From Candidatus Pacearchaeota archaeon (GTDB taxonomy: Archaea; Nanobdellota; Nanobdellia; Pacearchaeales; GW2011-AR1): a stretch of DNA of 38,551 bases. A program made the translations under genes and the position numbers. The notes beneath the pieces were generated by a model. That model was not told where the DNA came from and ran no database searches. It saw nothing but the letters and a program-made list of their open reading frames with translations. The DNA is taken from NCBI GenBank assembly GCA_016196285.1, contig JACPXY010000004.1:1-38551 (forward strand), written 5' to 3'. Shown one piece after another: positions 1 through 9,873 of this stretch; within the stretch, counting starts at the first letter, position 1; every line of letters begins with the position of its first letter.

Positions 1-245
1 ATGGTTGCATCTATAGGATTCCCATAAATGTATACTGCCTTGAATTTTCTCTGTGCCACTGGAGGTGGTGCCACCAGATGCTTGAATCCATCGCAATTAT
101 TGACACAATTTACTTTCTTGAATCTGTTCAGAAATCTCATAAAAAAACTCGTTCCGACGCCTCCGCATGAAGCGACAAGAACATCCAAGTTTTCTAGGTC
201 TTTTTTCTGGACTCCTCTCTGTTTGCATTCTTCACAGAACCACAT
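1..245 (-). CDS. Sulfotransferase-like protein, N-terminal part (runs off the window)
   Basis: Manual translation MWFCEECKQRGVQKKDLENLDVLVASCGGVGTSFFMRFLNRF...KAVYIYGNPIDAT. VASCGGVGTS resembles the 5'-PSB loop and KAVYIYGNPxD the 3'-PB motif. Divergent from the glycosyltransferases. Not in the ORF track. Confidence 0.6.
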   Translation of the reverse strand, partial: MWFCEECKQRGVQKKDLENLDVLVASCGGVGTSFFMRFLNRFKKVNCVNNCDGFKHLVAPPPVAQRKFKAVYIYGNPIDAT

Positions 246-308
246 AGTATGAGTGTTTGACAAGGATATATAAACTTTTTTAAACTATTTCAACAGCACA
301 GAAAAGAG

Positions 309-1445
309 ATGAATACAAATAAGCTAAAAATCGCAATATTTCACAACTTTCTGGATAACATCGGGGGTGCAGAATATGTTGACCTGATCTTAGCAAGAGA
401 GCTGGATGCAGATATATACACTACTAATATTGATGCAGAAAAGATTAGAAAGATGGGTTTCTCCATTAAGAATATCTATTCCATTGGTTCGGTGCCGCTT
501 AATGCACCATACCGCCAGGAAGCAACATACTGGAGATTCAGAAAGTTCAAGGCAAAGAAAAAGTACGATTTGTACATTATAGCCGGGGACTGGGCAGTAG
601 GGGCTGCAGTCAATAATAAGCCGAATCTATGGTATGTATACTCTCCAATACGGGAAATCTGGGACCTTCATGAGTACACGAGAAATAATATAGTGCCCTT
701 CCACACACGTATGGTATTTGACCTCTGGGTGCGCATGCGGAGAATGCTCAACAAAAAAGATGTGCGGGAAGTCAACAGGATTATATCTATCTCAAAGAAC
801 GTGCAGGAGCGGATAAAGAAATACTTGAAAAAAGAGTCTACAGTCGTCTATCCTCCCACTGAAACAGCAAAATATCACTCAAAAAAGAGCAAAGGATACT
901 GGCTTTCAGTAAATCGCCTGATAACGCACAAAAGGATTGACCTGCAGCTGGAAGCATTTAAGAAGATGCCTGAAGAAAAGCTGATTGTTGTAGGAAGTTA
1001 CGAAATGTCGAGCCATTTCAGGAGATACGTCTCCTACTTAGAGGAGATAAAACCGAAAAACGTAACAATCCTCAGTTGGGTGAGCAATAAGGAGTTAATC
1101 GACCTCTATGCTGGCTGCAGGGGATTCATCACAACTTCAAGTGATGAAGATTACGGCATGACGCCAGTAGAAGCAATGGCCTCTGGAAAACCAGTCATCG
1201 CTCCTAATGAAGGAGGATACAAGGAAACTATATTGCATAAAAAGACAGGCCTCTTAATAAATAAAATTACCTCTGAAAAGATTGTACAGGCAGTACAGGA
1301 GATAAACTCTGCTCTCCAAAACACTCCTCTGAAGTACAGCGCTGCCTGCATACAGCAAGCAAGGAAGTTCGACACGCGTAGATTCATGGAGCAGTTCAAG
1401 GAAGAGATACAGAAGAGTATTCAGGATGCAGGATGCCATGAATAG
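309..1445 (+). CDS. Glycosyltransferase family 4 (GT-B)
   Basis: N-terminal IGGAE, NRLITHKRID, and the C-terminal EDYGMTPVEAMASGKPVI signature. Confidence 0.92.
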   Translation: MNTNKLKIAIFHNFLDNIGGAEYVDLILARELDADIYTTNIDAEKIRKMGFSIKNIYSIGSVPLNAPYRQEATYWRFRKFKAKKKYDLYIIAGDWAVGAAVNNKPNLWYVYSPIREIWDLHEYTRNNIVPFHTRMVFDLWVRMRRMLNKKDVREVNRIISISKNVQERIKKYLKKESTVVYPPTETAKYHSKKSKGYWLSVNRLITHKRIDLQLEAFKKMPEEKLIVVGSYEMSSHFRRYVSYLEEIKPKNVTILSWVSNKELIDLYAGCRGFITTSSDEDYGMTPVEAMASGKPVIAPNEGGYKETILHKKTGLLINKITSEKIVQAVQEINSALQNTPLKYSAACIQQARKFDTRRFMEQFKEEIQKSIQDAGCHE

Positions 1446-2484
1446 AAAAAGAGCAGTCTTGATAACGCTTGCTGATAAGTCTCATGTCGAGCAGGCAAAG
1501 CAGCTCTTTGCAGGAGCACATTTTAAAGGAGGCTGGACAGGAGACTATCTGCTCCTTGCAAACAACATTCCTGAAAGAGAACTTGAAGCATTCAGGAAAA
1601 GAGGAATAAAAGTAATGAAATGCAAGCCAATCTTCAAAACAAAGAGCCGGCATCCCGATGTAGTAACTGCCAAACTTTCTATCTTCAAGAGCTATTTCAA
1701 GAGATGGGGCAATGTGCTTTTTCTTGATGCAGACATTCTCATCAAGGCATCCATACAAGACCTTGCAGACAGTAAAGGAATACAAGCAGTCTCTACCTAT
1801 CGTGAGCCATTACTGGGGAAGCACAAGCTATTAGGTGTAGAAAAGGATGCATCACAAGAGCTCAATAAGATGTATAAGGAAATAAAAGAGAATTATAATC
1901 TCGAAAAGAAAGGTATAAACTCCGGGGTAATTGCATTCAATACAAACATAATAACTGAAAGCACTTTTAATGAAATCTGCACGTTATGCAAAAAATACCA
2001 GAAAGTGCTGAGAACAGATGAGGCAGTGCTTGGGCTATATTTTAACAAGATGCTCACCTTCCTGCCGTTAGTGTACAACATCAGCATGAAATCAATGCTT
2101 CTTGATCACAATATTCCTGCAGAGAAGGCGAGAGGGATTATTTTGCATTTTGTAGGAAAGCAAAAACCTTGGAATAAGAAGAATCCATATTATGCTGAAT
2201 GGATATCAATGCACAATAAATTCAATGAACTGAATATGCAAAAAAAAGTAGAGCCGGATAAGTGGGGGGTGCTGAAGATATGTCTTTATTGTTGGTACCT
2301 CGCATACAAAAAACATCTATATGACTTGCAGAGAAAGCTCGTCTCGCTTGATTTCATGCATTGGTATGTAGACCATAAGATAGGGGTGCTCGGAGAGAGA
2401 ATACATGAGAAAATCCCAATGACCTATTCTATATTAAAGAGACTAAATCCGATACCTAAATATACTCATAAAGGCAGGTGGTAA
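1426..2484 (+). CDS. Glycosyltransferase family 8
   Basis: VLFLDADILI (DxD), INSGVI, DEAVL and ILHFVGKQKPW motifs typical of GT8. Confidence 0.85.
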   Translation: MQDAMNRKRAVLITLADKSHVEQAKQLFAGAHFKGGWTGDYLLLANNIPERELEAFRKRGIKVMKCKPIFKTKSRHPDVVTAKLSIFKSYFKRWGNVLFLDADILIKASIQDLADSKGIQAVSTYREPLLGKHKLLGVEKDASQELNKMYKEIKENYNLEKKGINSGVIAFNTNIITESTFNEICTLCKKYQKVLRTDEAVLGLYFNKMLTFLPLVYNISMKSMLLDHNIPAEKARGIILHFVGKQKPWNKKNPYYAEWISMHNKFNELNMQKKVEPDKWGVLKICLYCWYLAYKKHLYDLQRKLVSLDFMHWYVDHKIGVLGERIHEKIPMTYSILKRLNPIPKYTHKGRW

Positions 2485-2485
2485 T

Positions 2486-3241
2486 GTGACCTTCCTTGAC
2501 AACAGGGTAGTAAGTGCGCGTATAGCATTCCAAGAACTGCAGAAATTCTCAGATAAGAATAAACTCGGATTGCTCTGGTACATTCTTGAACCTTTAGTAA
2601 TCTTTGTAGCACTCCTGCTAGTCTTTCATGGCAGAGTCGGGCAGAACATTCCAATCTATCCGCTCTATCTCTTGATGGGAATAATGCTCTTGAGGCTCTT
2701 CTTAAATACGACAAGGGAAGTTCTTAACGTAAGAGATAAAAGCTACTTTCTTAAAGAACACAAGAAAGCAACACTGCATACATTAATAGAGAGCACGATT
2801 ATCAAGAACCTGTTTATACATGCTGGTGAGGTGCTGATATTCATTGTAATAGCAGGATACCTCATGCATAACCTTGTCCTCTTTATTGCCTATCTCCCCC
2901 TCCTTGCACTATTTACTCTCTTCCTTTACGGATTCTCAACTACTCTCTTTGTGCTCTACCAATTCATAAAAGATGTCTCTCCTGCTTGGCAGATTGCTTC
3001 AAGAGCGCTCTGGTTCATAACTCCTGTATTCTATCAAATAACCAATAACCCTCTACTCAAGACAGTAAATAGTTTCAATCCGATTTATTATCTCGTAGAG
3101 TTGTTCAGAGACATTCTCATCTATCAGAGGATGCCTGAATTTTCTATTCTGTTTGGTTCACTCTTGCTCTCAATAGTATTTTTTGCATTAGGAAGCATTG
3201 CGTACAAATTATCTGAGAGAAAGTTTCTAATCAGCACTTAA
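2486..3241 (+). CDS. ABC-2 type polysaccharide export permease (Wzm/TagG-like)
   Basis: LGLLWYILEPL, WFITPVFY, NPIYYLVELFRD; about 6 TM segments; GTG start. Confidence 0.85.
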   Translation: MTFLDNRVVSARIAFQELQKFSDKNKLGLLWYILEPLVIFVALLLVFHGRVGQNIPIYPLYLLMGIMLLRLFLNTTREVLNVRDKSYFLKEHKKATLHTLIESTIIKNLFIHAGEVLIFIVIAGYLMHNLVLFIAYLPLLALFTLFLYGFSTTLFVLYQFIKDVSPAWQIASRALWFITPVFYQITNNPLLKTVNSFNPIYYLVELFRDILIYQRMPEFSILFGSLLLSIVFFALGSIAYKLSERKFLIST

Positions 3242-3924
3242 AGCCAGCCGCGCTTCTTGATGCCTTGATTCGTAATCTGAAACTCGAGTGATGATTCCTT
3301 CAGGCTCCTATGCTTTCTAAGAAAAGCAGTGCGCACTCCTTTTTCATGCGTCAGTTCAATATGGCATTTACCCCAATATCTCAGAATGTCGCCGCCGACC
3401 ATTTTCTGGGTCTCTTCCCATGAGTAGACTTGATTGCTCACCACTACAGGAATCTCCCGCTTCCGCGCAATCTCTGCAAGAGTTCTAAGCTGCTGCACCA
3501 GTAGCGCATTAATATTTCTGATTGAAGCAACATCCTTCTCTCGTGCAGCTGCAAATTCAAGCCGGTATAAGATAGTCATACCATCCACGACAATAAGCGA
3601 GACCTCTTTAGTGAGTAGGTTCAGCAGTCTCCCAAATACCTCCTCTTGCTCAGAGAAAGAAGTCGGTTTCAATAGAAGAATGTTCTGCAATACTTCATTC
3701 ACCTCATCTCCAGCCAGTTGTTTAACGCGCTCGCTACTGAACCCGCCTTCAGTATCAATAAAAATTACTTTGTTACCTTTCTTAGCCTGTGAGACAGCAG
3801 CTAAAAGACAGAGATTAGTCTTGCCAGTTCCTGAGCCGCCATACAAGACAGTAATCACATCACTCTCATAGCCTCCGTGGAGCCATTTATTCAAGTCATA
3901 GCTTCCTGCAGATATTTTGCTCAT
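3238..3924 (-). CDS. radB: DNA repair and recombination protein RadB
   Basis: Walker A GGSGTGKT, FIDTEGGFS, LIVVDG, C-terminal LRKHRS. Start moved to ATG 3924 (TATA 29 nt upstream). Confidence 0.92.
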   Translation of the reverse strand: MSKISAGSYDLNKWLHGGYESDVITVLYGGSGTGKTNLCLLAAVSQAKKGNKVIFIDTEGGFSSERVKQLAGDEVNEVLQNILLLKPTSFSEQEEVFGRLLNLLTKEVSLIVVDGMTILYRLEFAAAREKDVASIRNINALLVQQLRTLAEIARKREIPVVVSNQVYSWEETQKMVGGDILRYWGKCHIELTHEKGVRTAFLRKHRSLKESSLEFQITNQGIKKRGWL

Positions 3925-3981
3925 AGTATTCTGCAACACTAAGAGTATATAAAAATAAGTAAAATGAAAAATTAAAGAGAA

Positions 3982-4176
3982 TTATCTTCTCTTCTTTCGT
4001 GAAGAAGCCATTCCTGCTTCTGGCAAACGGCAGTTGTTGCATTTCAAAGCGTGTATAAGCAGCAGTGCAGCAGCAATAACGACAACCCACTTACCCCATG
4101 CAAGGCTCGACCAAAGTGCAAACACGATAATCACTATCGCAAGAATCACTTCAGTAACTTGGCAATTACAATTCAT
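3982..4176 (-). CDS. Small two-TM membrane protein with Cys motifs
   Basis: 64 aa, two hydrophobic helices, CxC and CxxC, basic tail; strong SD (AAGGAGGT) upstream. Confidence 0.7.
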   Translation of the reverse strand: MNCNCQVTEVILAIVIIVFALWSSLAWGKWVVVIAAALLLIHALKCNNCRLPEAGMASSRKKRR

Positions 4177-4225
4177 GTATACCTCCTTACAAAGAAATAG
4201 CTCTGAAGCTTAATAAAGGTACCGC

Positions 4226-4480
4226 TTATTTCTTCAAACTGCTGATAAGCGCACCGCACTCTTTGCCGATAAGAGCAACAGTATCTGCAAGCACTTTGCT
4301 GACATTCTTATCACTGCTCTGTATCTTGAGGACTACGGGCTTGCTTGGATGCTCTCTGCGCCAGGCTGCAAAGTCAGCTCCTGCCTTATATGCATACACG
4401 CGTAAAATCTCGGCAACAGTCACGTTATCAAGCTGGATATCTGCTTGATGCTTATCCTGATGTAATATCTTAATCTGCAT
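4226..4480 (-). CDS. rpoL: DNA-directed RNA polymerase subunit L (Rpo11), divergent
   Basis: 84 aa; TVAEILR...DFAAWRREHPS...LKIQS matches the Rpo11/RPB11 pattern (FAxYxxxHP). Confidence 0.75.
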   Translation of the reverse strand: MQIKILHQDKHQADIQLDNVTVAEILRVYAYKAGADFAAWRREHPSKPVVLKIQSSDKNVSKVLADTVALIGKECGALISSLKK

Positions 4481-4502
4481 AAGTCATGATTCAGAAACCG
4501 AT

Positions 4503-5012
4503 TTATAAAGCTTTCGACGCATCGTCGGCTAAGATATTCTCTTTCTGCACTGCAGGTTCAACAGCAGGAGGAGTTATAGGTTTTCCTGTATCTTTGCGTA
4601 GATCAATGTTGAAGAACTGCTCGACTTTGTTAACAAGTACGAAGTTACCGCCGACAACAACCCCGTTCTCAAGCATCTTTAAGGCATACTCATCAACTGC
4701 AAGCGATTGAGCAAGCTGCTTTCTTGTCACTCCACGCTCCTTTCGTTTTTTTAGGATAATCCAATGAAAATTATGGGCAAGCTCGCTTTCAATAGTTTTT
4801 GTATCGTGCTTGAGTGGCTTACTGAACTCCTCGAAGCGCAGAAGCCCGCGCTCCTTTGCACGGGTTTGCTCGGTCTGCGGAGCAGGAACAACGCGTATAA
4901 CCGGCCTGCGGATAATAGGTAATCCTTCTCTGCGCGCATAGTCTTCTGGCACGCGGACAATTTTACCTTCATCAATCGCTTCTACAATAGGAATCGCCTC
5001 TTGTCTATACAT
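4503..5012 (-). CDS. HTH (XRE/MBF1-like) domain protein
   Basis: C-terminal IILKKRKERGVTRKQLAQSLAVDEYALKMLENG...KVEQFFNIDL resembles the archaeal MBF1 HTH. Confidence 0.7.
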   Translation of the reverse strand: MYRQEAIPIVEAIDEGKIVRVPEDYARREGLPIIRRPVIRVVPAPQTEQTRAKERGLLRFEEFSKPLKHDTKTIESELAHNFHWIILKKRKERGVTRKQLAQSLAVDEYALKMLENGVVVGGNFVLVNKVEQFFNIDLRKDTGKPITPPAVEPAVQKENILADDASKAL

Positions 5013-5043
5013 GAAAGAAAGGGGTATCTGTCCTTTTTATGGT

Positions 5044-5724
5044 TTATGGTAGTGGACTAGAAGAAGATAATGAAAATATTCTCTCTTCAATCTCTTCGAG
5101 TGTGACAACACCTGTAACAACATTCTGTTCATCAATCACGATTGCAGGTAGAGATGTAACATCATAATTCTGTATATGTAGGTCAATAGAAGAAAGATTA
5201 GTGTTTACTGCAAGAGGAATAAGCAGTATCTCTTCAGGATGCTCATTTTTTAGGTCACCAAGCATCCTGGAGTAGAACGTCTGCTGGGCGCGGGTCGTCA
5301 CATCCTCAGACTCATACTCATATAAATAAACTACTGTATGGAAAGTAGAGTTGCACCCTTGCTTAAGCTTGATGCTTTCTGTCCAGAGCAGCATGCGCAG
5401 GAGATCATACCTCCGATGCAGGATGCCTAGAACATCCTGGAAGGTATTTGCAGAGTCATACTGCTCAAGCAGGCGTGCTTCTGCATAAATCTTATCCGCA
5501 AAGGCAAAAGTGCTCTCTTGTGCAATATCGCATTTAACAGAGAAATCACTGATTAGTCTATTTCTAAGCTGCTCATCAGCAAGTGATATCTCTGAGTCAA
5601 GTAGTTTCTCCTGCACTACATCAGCCCGATAACTCTCGAGGAAGAACCCTAACAGCACACCCATGCCGAATACAACAATCGTCAGGAGAAATGCCTGCCA
5701 GAATACATGCTTGTTCGCTACCAT
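5044..5724 (-). CDS. Hypothetical membrane-anchored protein (possible C-terminal thioredoxin-like fold)
   Basis: N-terminal TM; C-terminal YDVTSLPAIVID; overlaps the GT2 stop. Confidence 0.6.
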   Translation of the reverse strand: MVANKHVFWQAFLLTIVVFGMGVLLGFFLESYRADVVQEKLLDSEISLADEQLRNRLISDFSVKCDIAQESTFAFADKIYAEARLLEQYDSANTFQDVLGILHRRYDLLRMLLWTESIKLKQGCNSTFHTVVYLYEYESEDVTTRAQQTFYSRMLGDLKNEHPEEILLIPLAVNTNLSSIDLHIQNYDVTSLPAIVIDEQNVVTGVVTLEEIEERIFSLSSSSPLP

Positions 5725-6950
5725 GAATAAGTTCCTCGTATCAATCTCGTCAATCCAGTAATCATAATAACAGGATACACTGAGAGGTACACAAGCATAT
5801 AGAAGAGTATATTAAAAATGTTCCCTTTGGTGAATCTAGGCTGGTTCATAATGCCTAAACCCACAAGAGTAAATATACTGCCGGCAAGAAACAATGTAAC
5901 ACCAAAGAAATTTAGGATTGAAGGGCTGAACGTCAAATCCTGAAGCTGAAGCAATGTAGCATGTCCATATAGAGAATACTTTGTTGAAAGATATGTAATT
6001 AAGAACCTGCGTACAAGCAAGTACAAAAACACGCACAAGCCAATTAGCCCCAGAAAGAGTGATAGGCTGAAGAAAGGAATAATGAAGGCGCCAAGCATTC
6101 CTTTCTTGAAGACCATCGATCTATATTTGATAAGCGTTTGAGTGCCGCCAATATTCCAGCGTACACGCTGCCTGAACCATGATTTGAATCTAGAGGGAGT
6201 TGCCGAGTGTACGCGCGCAGCAAGGCACATACGGGCTACATAACCATGCGAGAGTAAACGCCATACAATCTCAATGTCCTGCGTCATGTTCTTCATATCA
6301 AACAATCCTACTTCAAGAAGCTGCTTCTTTCGATACAGTGCAAACGGTCCAGGAGTCACATATACTGCATCAACTAAGTCAAGCAGTTTTCTAGACCACG
6401 CTATAATAGCATATTCGATTGCCTGCAGCTTCTGGATAAAAGTATATGGCTCTTTGGACATAACAGTGCAGGTCACTGCAGCAGTTCGTGAATCATGCTG
6501 AAGAAAACCAATCATCTTTAATAGTGCATCTGGTTCAGGTGTTGAATCAGCATCAGCTACTGCAATATACGCATGCTTCGCAGCTTTAATGCCGATATTA
6601 GTCGGCTCTGCAGCGCCTCCTGAATTGCGCGTATTGACAATCAGATGCACATTCAGGTGTGTTCGTGCATAAGCACGTACAATAGCTGCAGAATCGTCAG
6701 TTGACCTATCATCCACAACAATAATCTCAAGCATCTCTCTGGGATAACGCATCGCGAGTAAAGCATCAAGCGCTTCAGCAATGTGCTTCCCTTCATTATA
6801 ACACGGCATGATAATGCTGACTGGTTCAGGCTTTCCGTTAGGATATTCAAATATGCGATGCCTGTTAGGGATATAGAGGAAAAGGAGAAGGTTCAGCATA
6901 TACAGTCCGATGAACATATAAGCAAAGAAAATGAACTCGATAAAATTCAT
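5718..6950 (-). CDS. Processive glycosyltransferase family 2 (PgaC/IcaA/cellulose-synthase-like)
   Basis: VSIIMPCYNE, DDRSTD, DADS, TQD, QRVRW (QxxRW), flanking TMs. Start set at ATG 6950. Confidence 0.9.
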   Translation of the reverse strand: MNFIEFIFFAYMFIGLYMLNLLLFLYIPNRHRIFEYPNGKPEPVSIIMPCYNEGKHIAEALDALLAMRYPREMLEIIVVDDRSTDDSAAIVRAYARTHLNVHLIVNTRNSGGAAEPTNIGIKAAKHAYIAVADADSTPEPDALLKMIGFLQHDSRTAAVTCTVMSKEPYTFIQKLQAIEYAIIAWSRKLLDLVDAVYVTPGPFALYRKKQLLEVGLFDMKNMTQDIEIVWRLLSHGYVARMCLAARVHSATPSRFKSWFRQRVRWNIGGTQTLIKYRSMVFKKGMLGAFIIPFFSLSLFLGLIGLCVFLYLLVRRFLITYLSTKYSLYGHATLLQLQDLTFSPSILNFFGVTLFLAGSIFTLVGLGIMNQPRFTKGNIFNILFYMLVYLSVYPVIMITGLTRLIRGTYSW

Positions 6951-6951
6951 G

Positions 6952-7473
6952 TTAACGATGCTCCGGAAGAGCCTCTCCTGTATGCAAGCTGAAATAATCA
7001 TAAAATGACTCGCTCAGCGTCAATTCAGCAGTATGCCCTATTCTCTTTTTATGTATCAGCCCCATCTCGACAAAGCGCTTGATATGATCATATGCCTTGT
7101 TCCCGCGTATTTTAACGAGCACCGATTGTTTCATCGGCTGCTTGTAAGCAATAATCGCCAGAGTTTCTTGCTCAGCCTTGCTGAATTCAGCGCTGCCTGT
7201 TGCGAGTTTGTTGACCATCCAAGTATAGTCATGTGCAACATCCATTTTCCAAAGCTGATTCTGCTGCACCACACTGATACCTGACTGCGCATACTGATCT
7301 TTGAGATCCTCAAGTATCTTCTTCAAAAGTAGGGGGTTCACATCAGTCAATGCAACGAGCTCGTGAACACTCATATATTTTCCTGCGATGAACAAAGCAG
7401 CCTCGACCTTCCGCTTTGATTCAGTCTCAAGTTCCTCATCAAGCTCGTCAATCCCTTCTCTACGCATCTCCAT
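6952..7473 (-). CDS. scpB: Segregation and condensation protein ScpB
   Basis: KVEAALF, ETLAIIAYKQP, VKIRGNKAYDHIKRF, FYDYF. Confidence 0.92.
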   Translation of the reverse strand: MEMRREGIDELDEELETESKRKVEAALFIAGKYMSVHELVALTDVNPLLLKKILEDLKDQYAQSGISVVQQNQLWKMDVAHDYTWMVNKLATGSAEFSKAEQETLAIIAYKQPMKQSVLVKIRGNKAYDHIKRFVEMGLIHKKRIGHTAELTLSESFYDYFSLHTGEALPEHR

Positions 7474-7608
7474 AGGTCAAGTAACGCTCAGCCCTATTAA
7501 AACATTATGCAAAACAGCACTACCTTGTCTGGAGGATTAGATACCAGTATCTCTGCCGCTCTATTTAGCAAGACATAACCTGACAGAGATAGTCTTTACT
7601 TTAGCTAA

Positions 7609-7680
7609 TGAAGAACCTATGGCAAGACCATAGGACATCAGACGAAGAAAAGAAGAATATCGTTATGTCAAGGAACTTGA
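7609..7680 (-). mobile_element. Partial copy (A) of the hairpin element family; right-end-like
   Basis: + strand TGAAGAA-CCTATGG-CAAGA-CCATAGG-ACATCAGA (perfect 7-bp stem), similar to the starts of the copies at 15984 and 30523. Confidence 0.6.
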
Positions 7681-7682
7681 CA

Positions 7683-8258
7683 TCAAGAAGTCAAGCCTAT
7701 CAACAAGCCCTCGATAATCGCAGCGATTAGCAGGAGCGGTAGGACAATGCAGATAAATGCCTTCAAAGAACCAATAAACAAGTACTTTAAGCGCTCGCGA
7801 AGATTGCTGCCAAATGGAAATGAGCCGAGGCGCACTCCTAAGCCCAGAGCAATAAAGATTGCAGGCAGTTCAAAAATGCCGTGCGGCAGCAAGCGCCAGA
7901 AATCCGCAAAGCCGGTAACTGCATGCACTTTCCGCAGTACATATCCCAGAACTGCTCCATTGAGTGCTGCATTGAAGACAGGAGGGATACCGACTAAGAT
8001 ACCCAGTAGCATCCCGAAAAAAGCACTCTGGAGATTATTGAGAAAGATAAAGACAATAAGCTCCACTGTAGAAAGATCAGTCGTCTTATCAATCAATTTT
8101 TTAAGCATCTCGTCAAAGAAGCCAAGATATTCGGCAAGAAAGAATCCGGCAATAGCACTGCACACAAAAAGAGCAATGATTGCATAGATAAATGTTCTGG
8201 TCTCAAGAGTATAGCGTATCGCTTCTCTAAACCATCCTGCCTTCTGTTGTCTCTTCAT
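7683..8258 (-). CDS. Stage II sporulation protein M (SpoIIM/DUF95) family membrane protein
   Basis: IFLNNL, NGAVLG, LLPHGIFELPAI, LLIAAIIEG. Confidence 0.88.
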   Translation of the reverse strand: MKRQQKAGWFREAIRYTLETRTFIYAIIALFVCSAIAGFFLAEYLGFFDEMLKKLIDKTTDLSTVELIVFIFLNNLQSAFFGMLLGILVGIPPVFNAALNGAVLGYVLRKVHAVTGFADFWRLLPHGIFELPAIFIALGLGVRLGSFPFGSNLRERLKYLFIGSLKAFICIVLPLLLIAAIIEGLLIGLTS

Positions 8259-9091
8259 TTGAAAAATCGCTGCAGAAGGAGAACCTTCTGAGGATACGTA
8301 AGCCTAAGCGCTATACCATAAACTGCGCCGGCAATAAGCCCGCCAAGATGCGCAGTATTGCCGATGGGCAGCGGCACAAAGAAACTAATAACTACCAAAG
8401 GGATAATCGCAACAAGAGGTGCAATCCACATGGGCATAGCGACAGGAACAGCAAATCTTCTAAAAGAAGCATGAGGTGAGAACAATGCAAAGATAGTGAC
8501 AAACGCAAGAATATTCGCAAGTACAATGAAGAACGTCTGTAGGAAGCTGGGAACAAATGGATAGAGAAGGAACTGGCCGATAATCACAATCAAAGGTCCG
8601 ACAACAAGATACACACGGTAGCGCGGCAGGAGAACCGCAAGCAGCCCAAGCAGCCCGAATAATGCTCCTGAAGCTCCTGCGGCCAGAGTGTCAGGAGTCC
8701 CTAATACTGAAGCTCCCCAAGACACATGAGTTCCCAGTGCGGCACCGCCAACGAAGAACAGCGCTCCGACAATTCCTGCAGCAAAATAAAGCAGGAGCAG
8801 CCGTTTTCCACCGATGATTTTCTCGCTCAGATTTCCTAGAAAGAATAAAGAGAACATGTTCACTAATAAATGAAATCCGCCTTGATGCATGAAAATGCTA
8901 GTAACAAGTGTCCAGAGCGACTTTCCTTCCAGGATAGATGCAGGATGAATCTCAATCATGCTCAAAAGTTCAGGCTTCAATGCAGCAAGTATGCTGAAGA
9001 TAATAAACAGAATCACAGTAATCAGTATCAGCCAGTTTGTATATGATACCAATGAGAACAGGTAACGGATGAGTGAATTGCGTCTGGCCAT
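8255..9091 (-). CDS. Rhomboid family intramembrane serine protease
   Basis: TSIFMH...HLLVNM, catalytic GASGA, AHLGGLIAG. Confidence 0.92.
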   Translation of the reverse strand: MARRNSLIRYLFSLVSYTNWLILITVILFIIFSILAALKPELLSMIEIHPASILEGKSLWTLVTSIFMHQGGFHLLVNMFSLFFLGNLSEKIIGGKRLLLLYFAAGIVGALFFVGGAALGTHVSWGASVLGTPDTLAAGASGALFGLLGLLAVLLPRYRVYLVVGPLIVIIGQFLLYPFVPSFLQTFFIVLANILAFVTIFALFSPHASFRRFAVPVAMPMWIAPLVAIIPLVVISFFVPLPIGNTAHLGGLIAGAVYGIALRLTYPQKVLLLQRFFK

Positions 9092-9774
9092 TATCGCTTC
9101 TTACGTTTTTGAGAACCTTTTGTCTTTGTCTTCTTGAGAACAGATTTTTGCCGGGCTTTCTGGGCAAGCTTCTGCCTCGCTGCGCGTTCTTTCTTCCGCT
9201 TCCGCTCATCAGCCTTCATACGCCGGGTTCGAGCCTGATCTTCCTTATGGTTAATAATCTTTAGTTCATCGTTTACCTTTGAAAGAGCCTGCTCAAGCTT
9301 GGCAATCTCCCGCTCAAGCTCCTGAATTTCTGCACTCGTGTCTTTTACCTCTAAAACCTCTCCGCATTCTGGGCACGCATAAGTATGCAATAATGCTTGT
9401 TCCTCATTGAATTCGAGATGGCAATTTTTGCACAAATAAAATCTGCCCTGTTTTCTGCTCTGGAGCTGCGAGCGAAGAGAAGTAATGGTCTTGTCCATAG
9501 TATCTCTGAATTTAAGCAAGCTCTTTCCCGAATTAAGCGTCCAGAAGTAGGTATACCATCCGCCCTTCTTGTTGTCTTTCTTCCGCACAAAGCTTACGAG
9601 CCCTTCATCAGCCAGTTTGTAGAGAATATTTCTCGTCTGATTGATGGTCAAGTTCAGCTTCTTAGCTATCAGGAATTCATTGACATTTTTCTTTCCATAA
9701 AGCAGATCAACTATGCCTGATGCATTTGTGCCAGCAAAAGAGCTGATAATACTTTTAAGAAGAGTGACCTGCAT
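9091..9774 (-). CDS. tfe: Transcription factor E (TFE/TFIIE-alpha) with long basic C-terminal tail
   Basis: wHTH NEFLIAKKLNLTINQTRNILYKL, GWYTYFW, Zn ribbon CKNC...CPECG. Confidence 0.9.
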   Translation of the reverse strand: MQVTLLKSIISSFAGTNASGIVDLLYGKKNVNEFLIAKKLNLTINQTRNILYKLADEGLVSFVRKKDNKKGGWYTYFWTLNSGKSLLKFRDTMDKTITSLRSQLQSRKQGRFYLCKNCHLEFNEEQALLHTYACPECGEVLEVKDTSAEIQELEREIAKLEQALSKVNDELKIINHKEDQARTRRMKADERKRKKERAARQKLAQKARQKSVLKKTKTKGSQKRKKR

Positions 9775-9873
9775 AATGAGTTGTAAAGGTGTTCTCTTAA
9801 AAATGTTTCGTATAAGTGTTACTATCCTAAAATTAATATAAAGCTATATAAATTGATAGCTTGGAATATGCGT

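Noticed and set aside
28-252. 74-aa + strand ORF
   Set aside because: Shadow of the minus-strand sulfotransferase-like gene
7608-7680. C/D box sRNA (ATGAAGA as box C)
   Set aside because: No proper CTGA D box at guide distance; better explained as an element terminus
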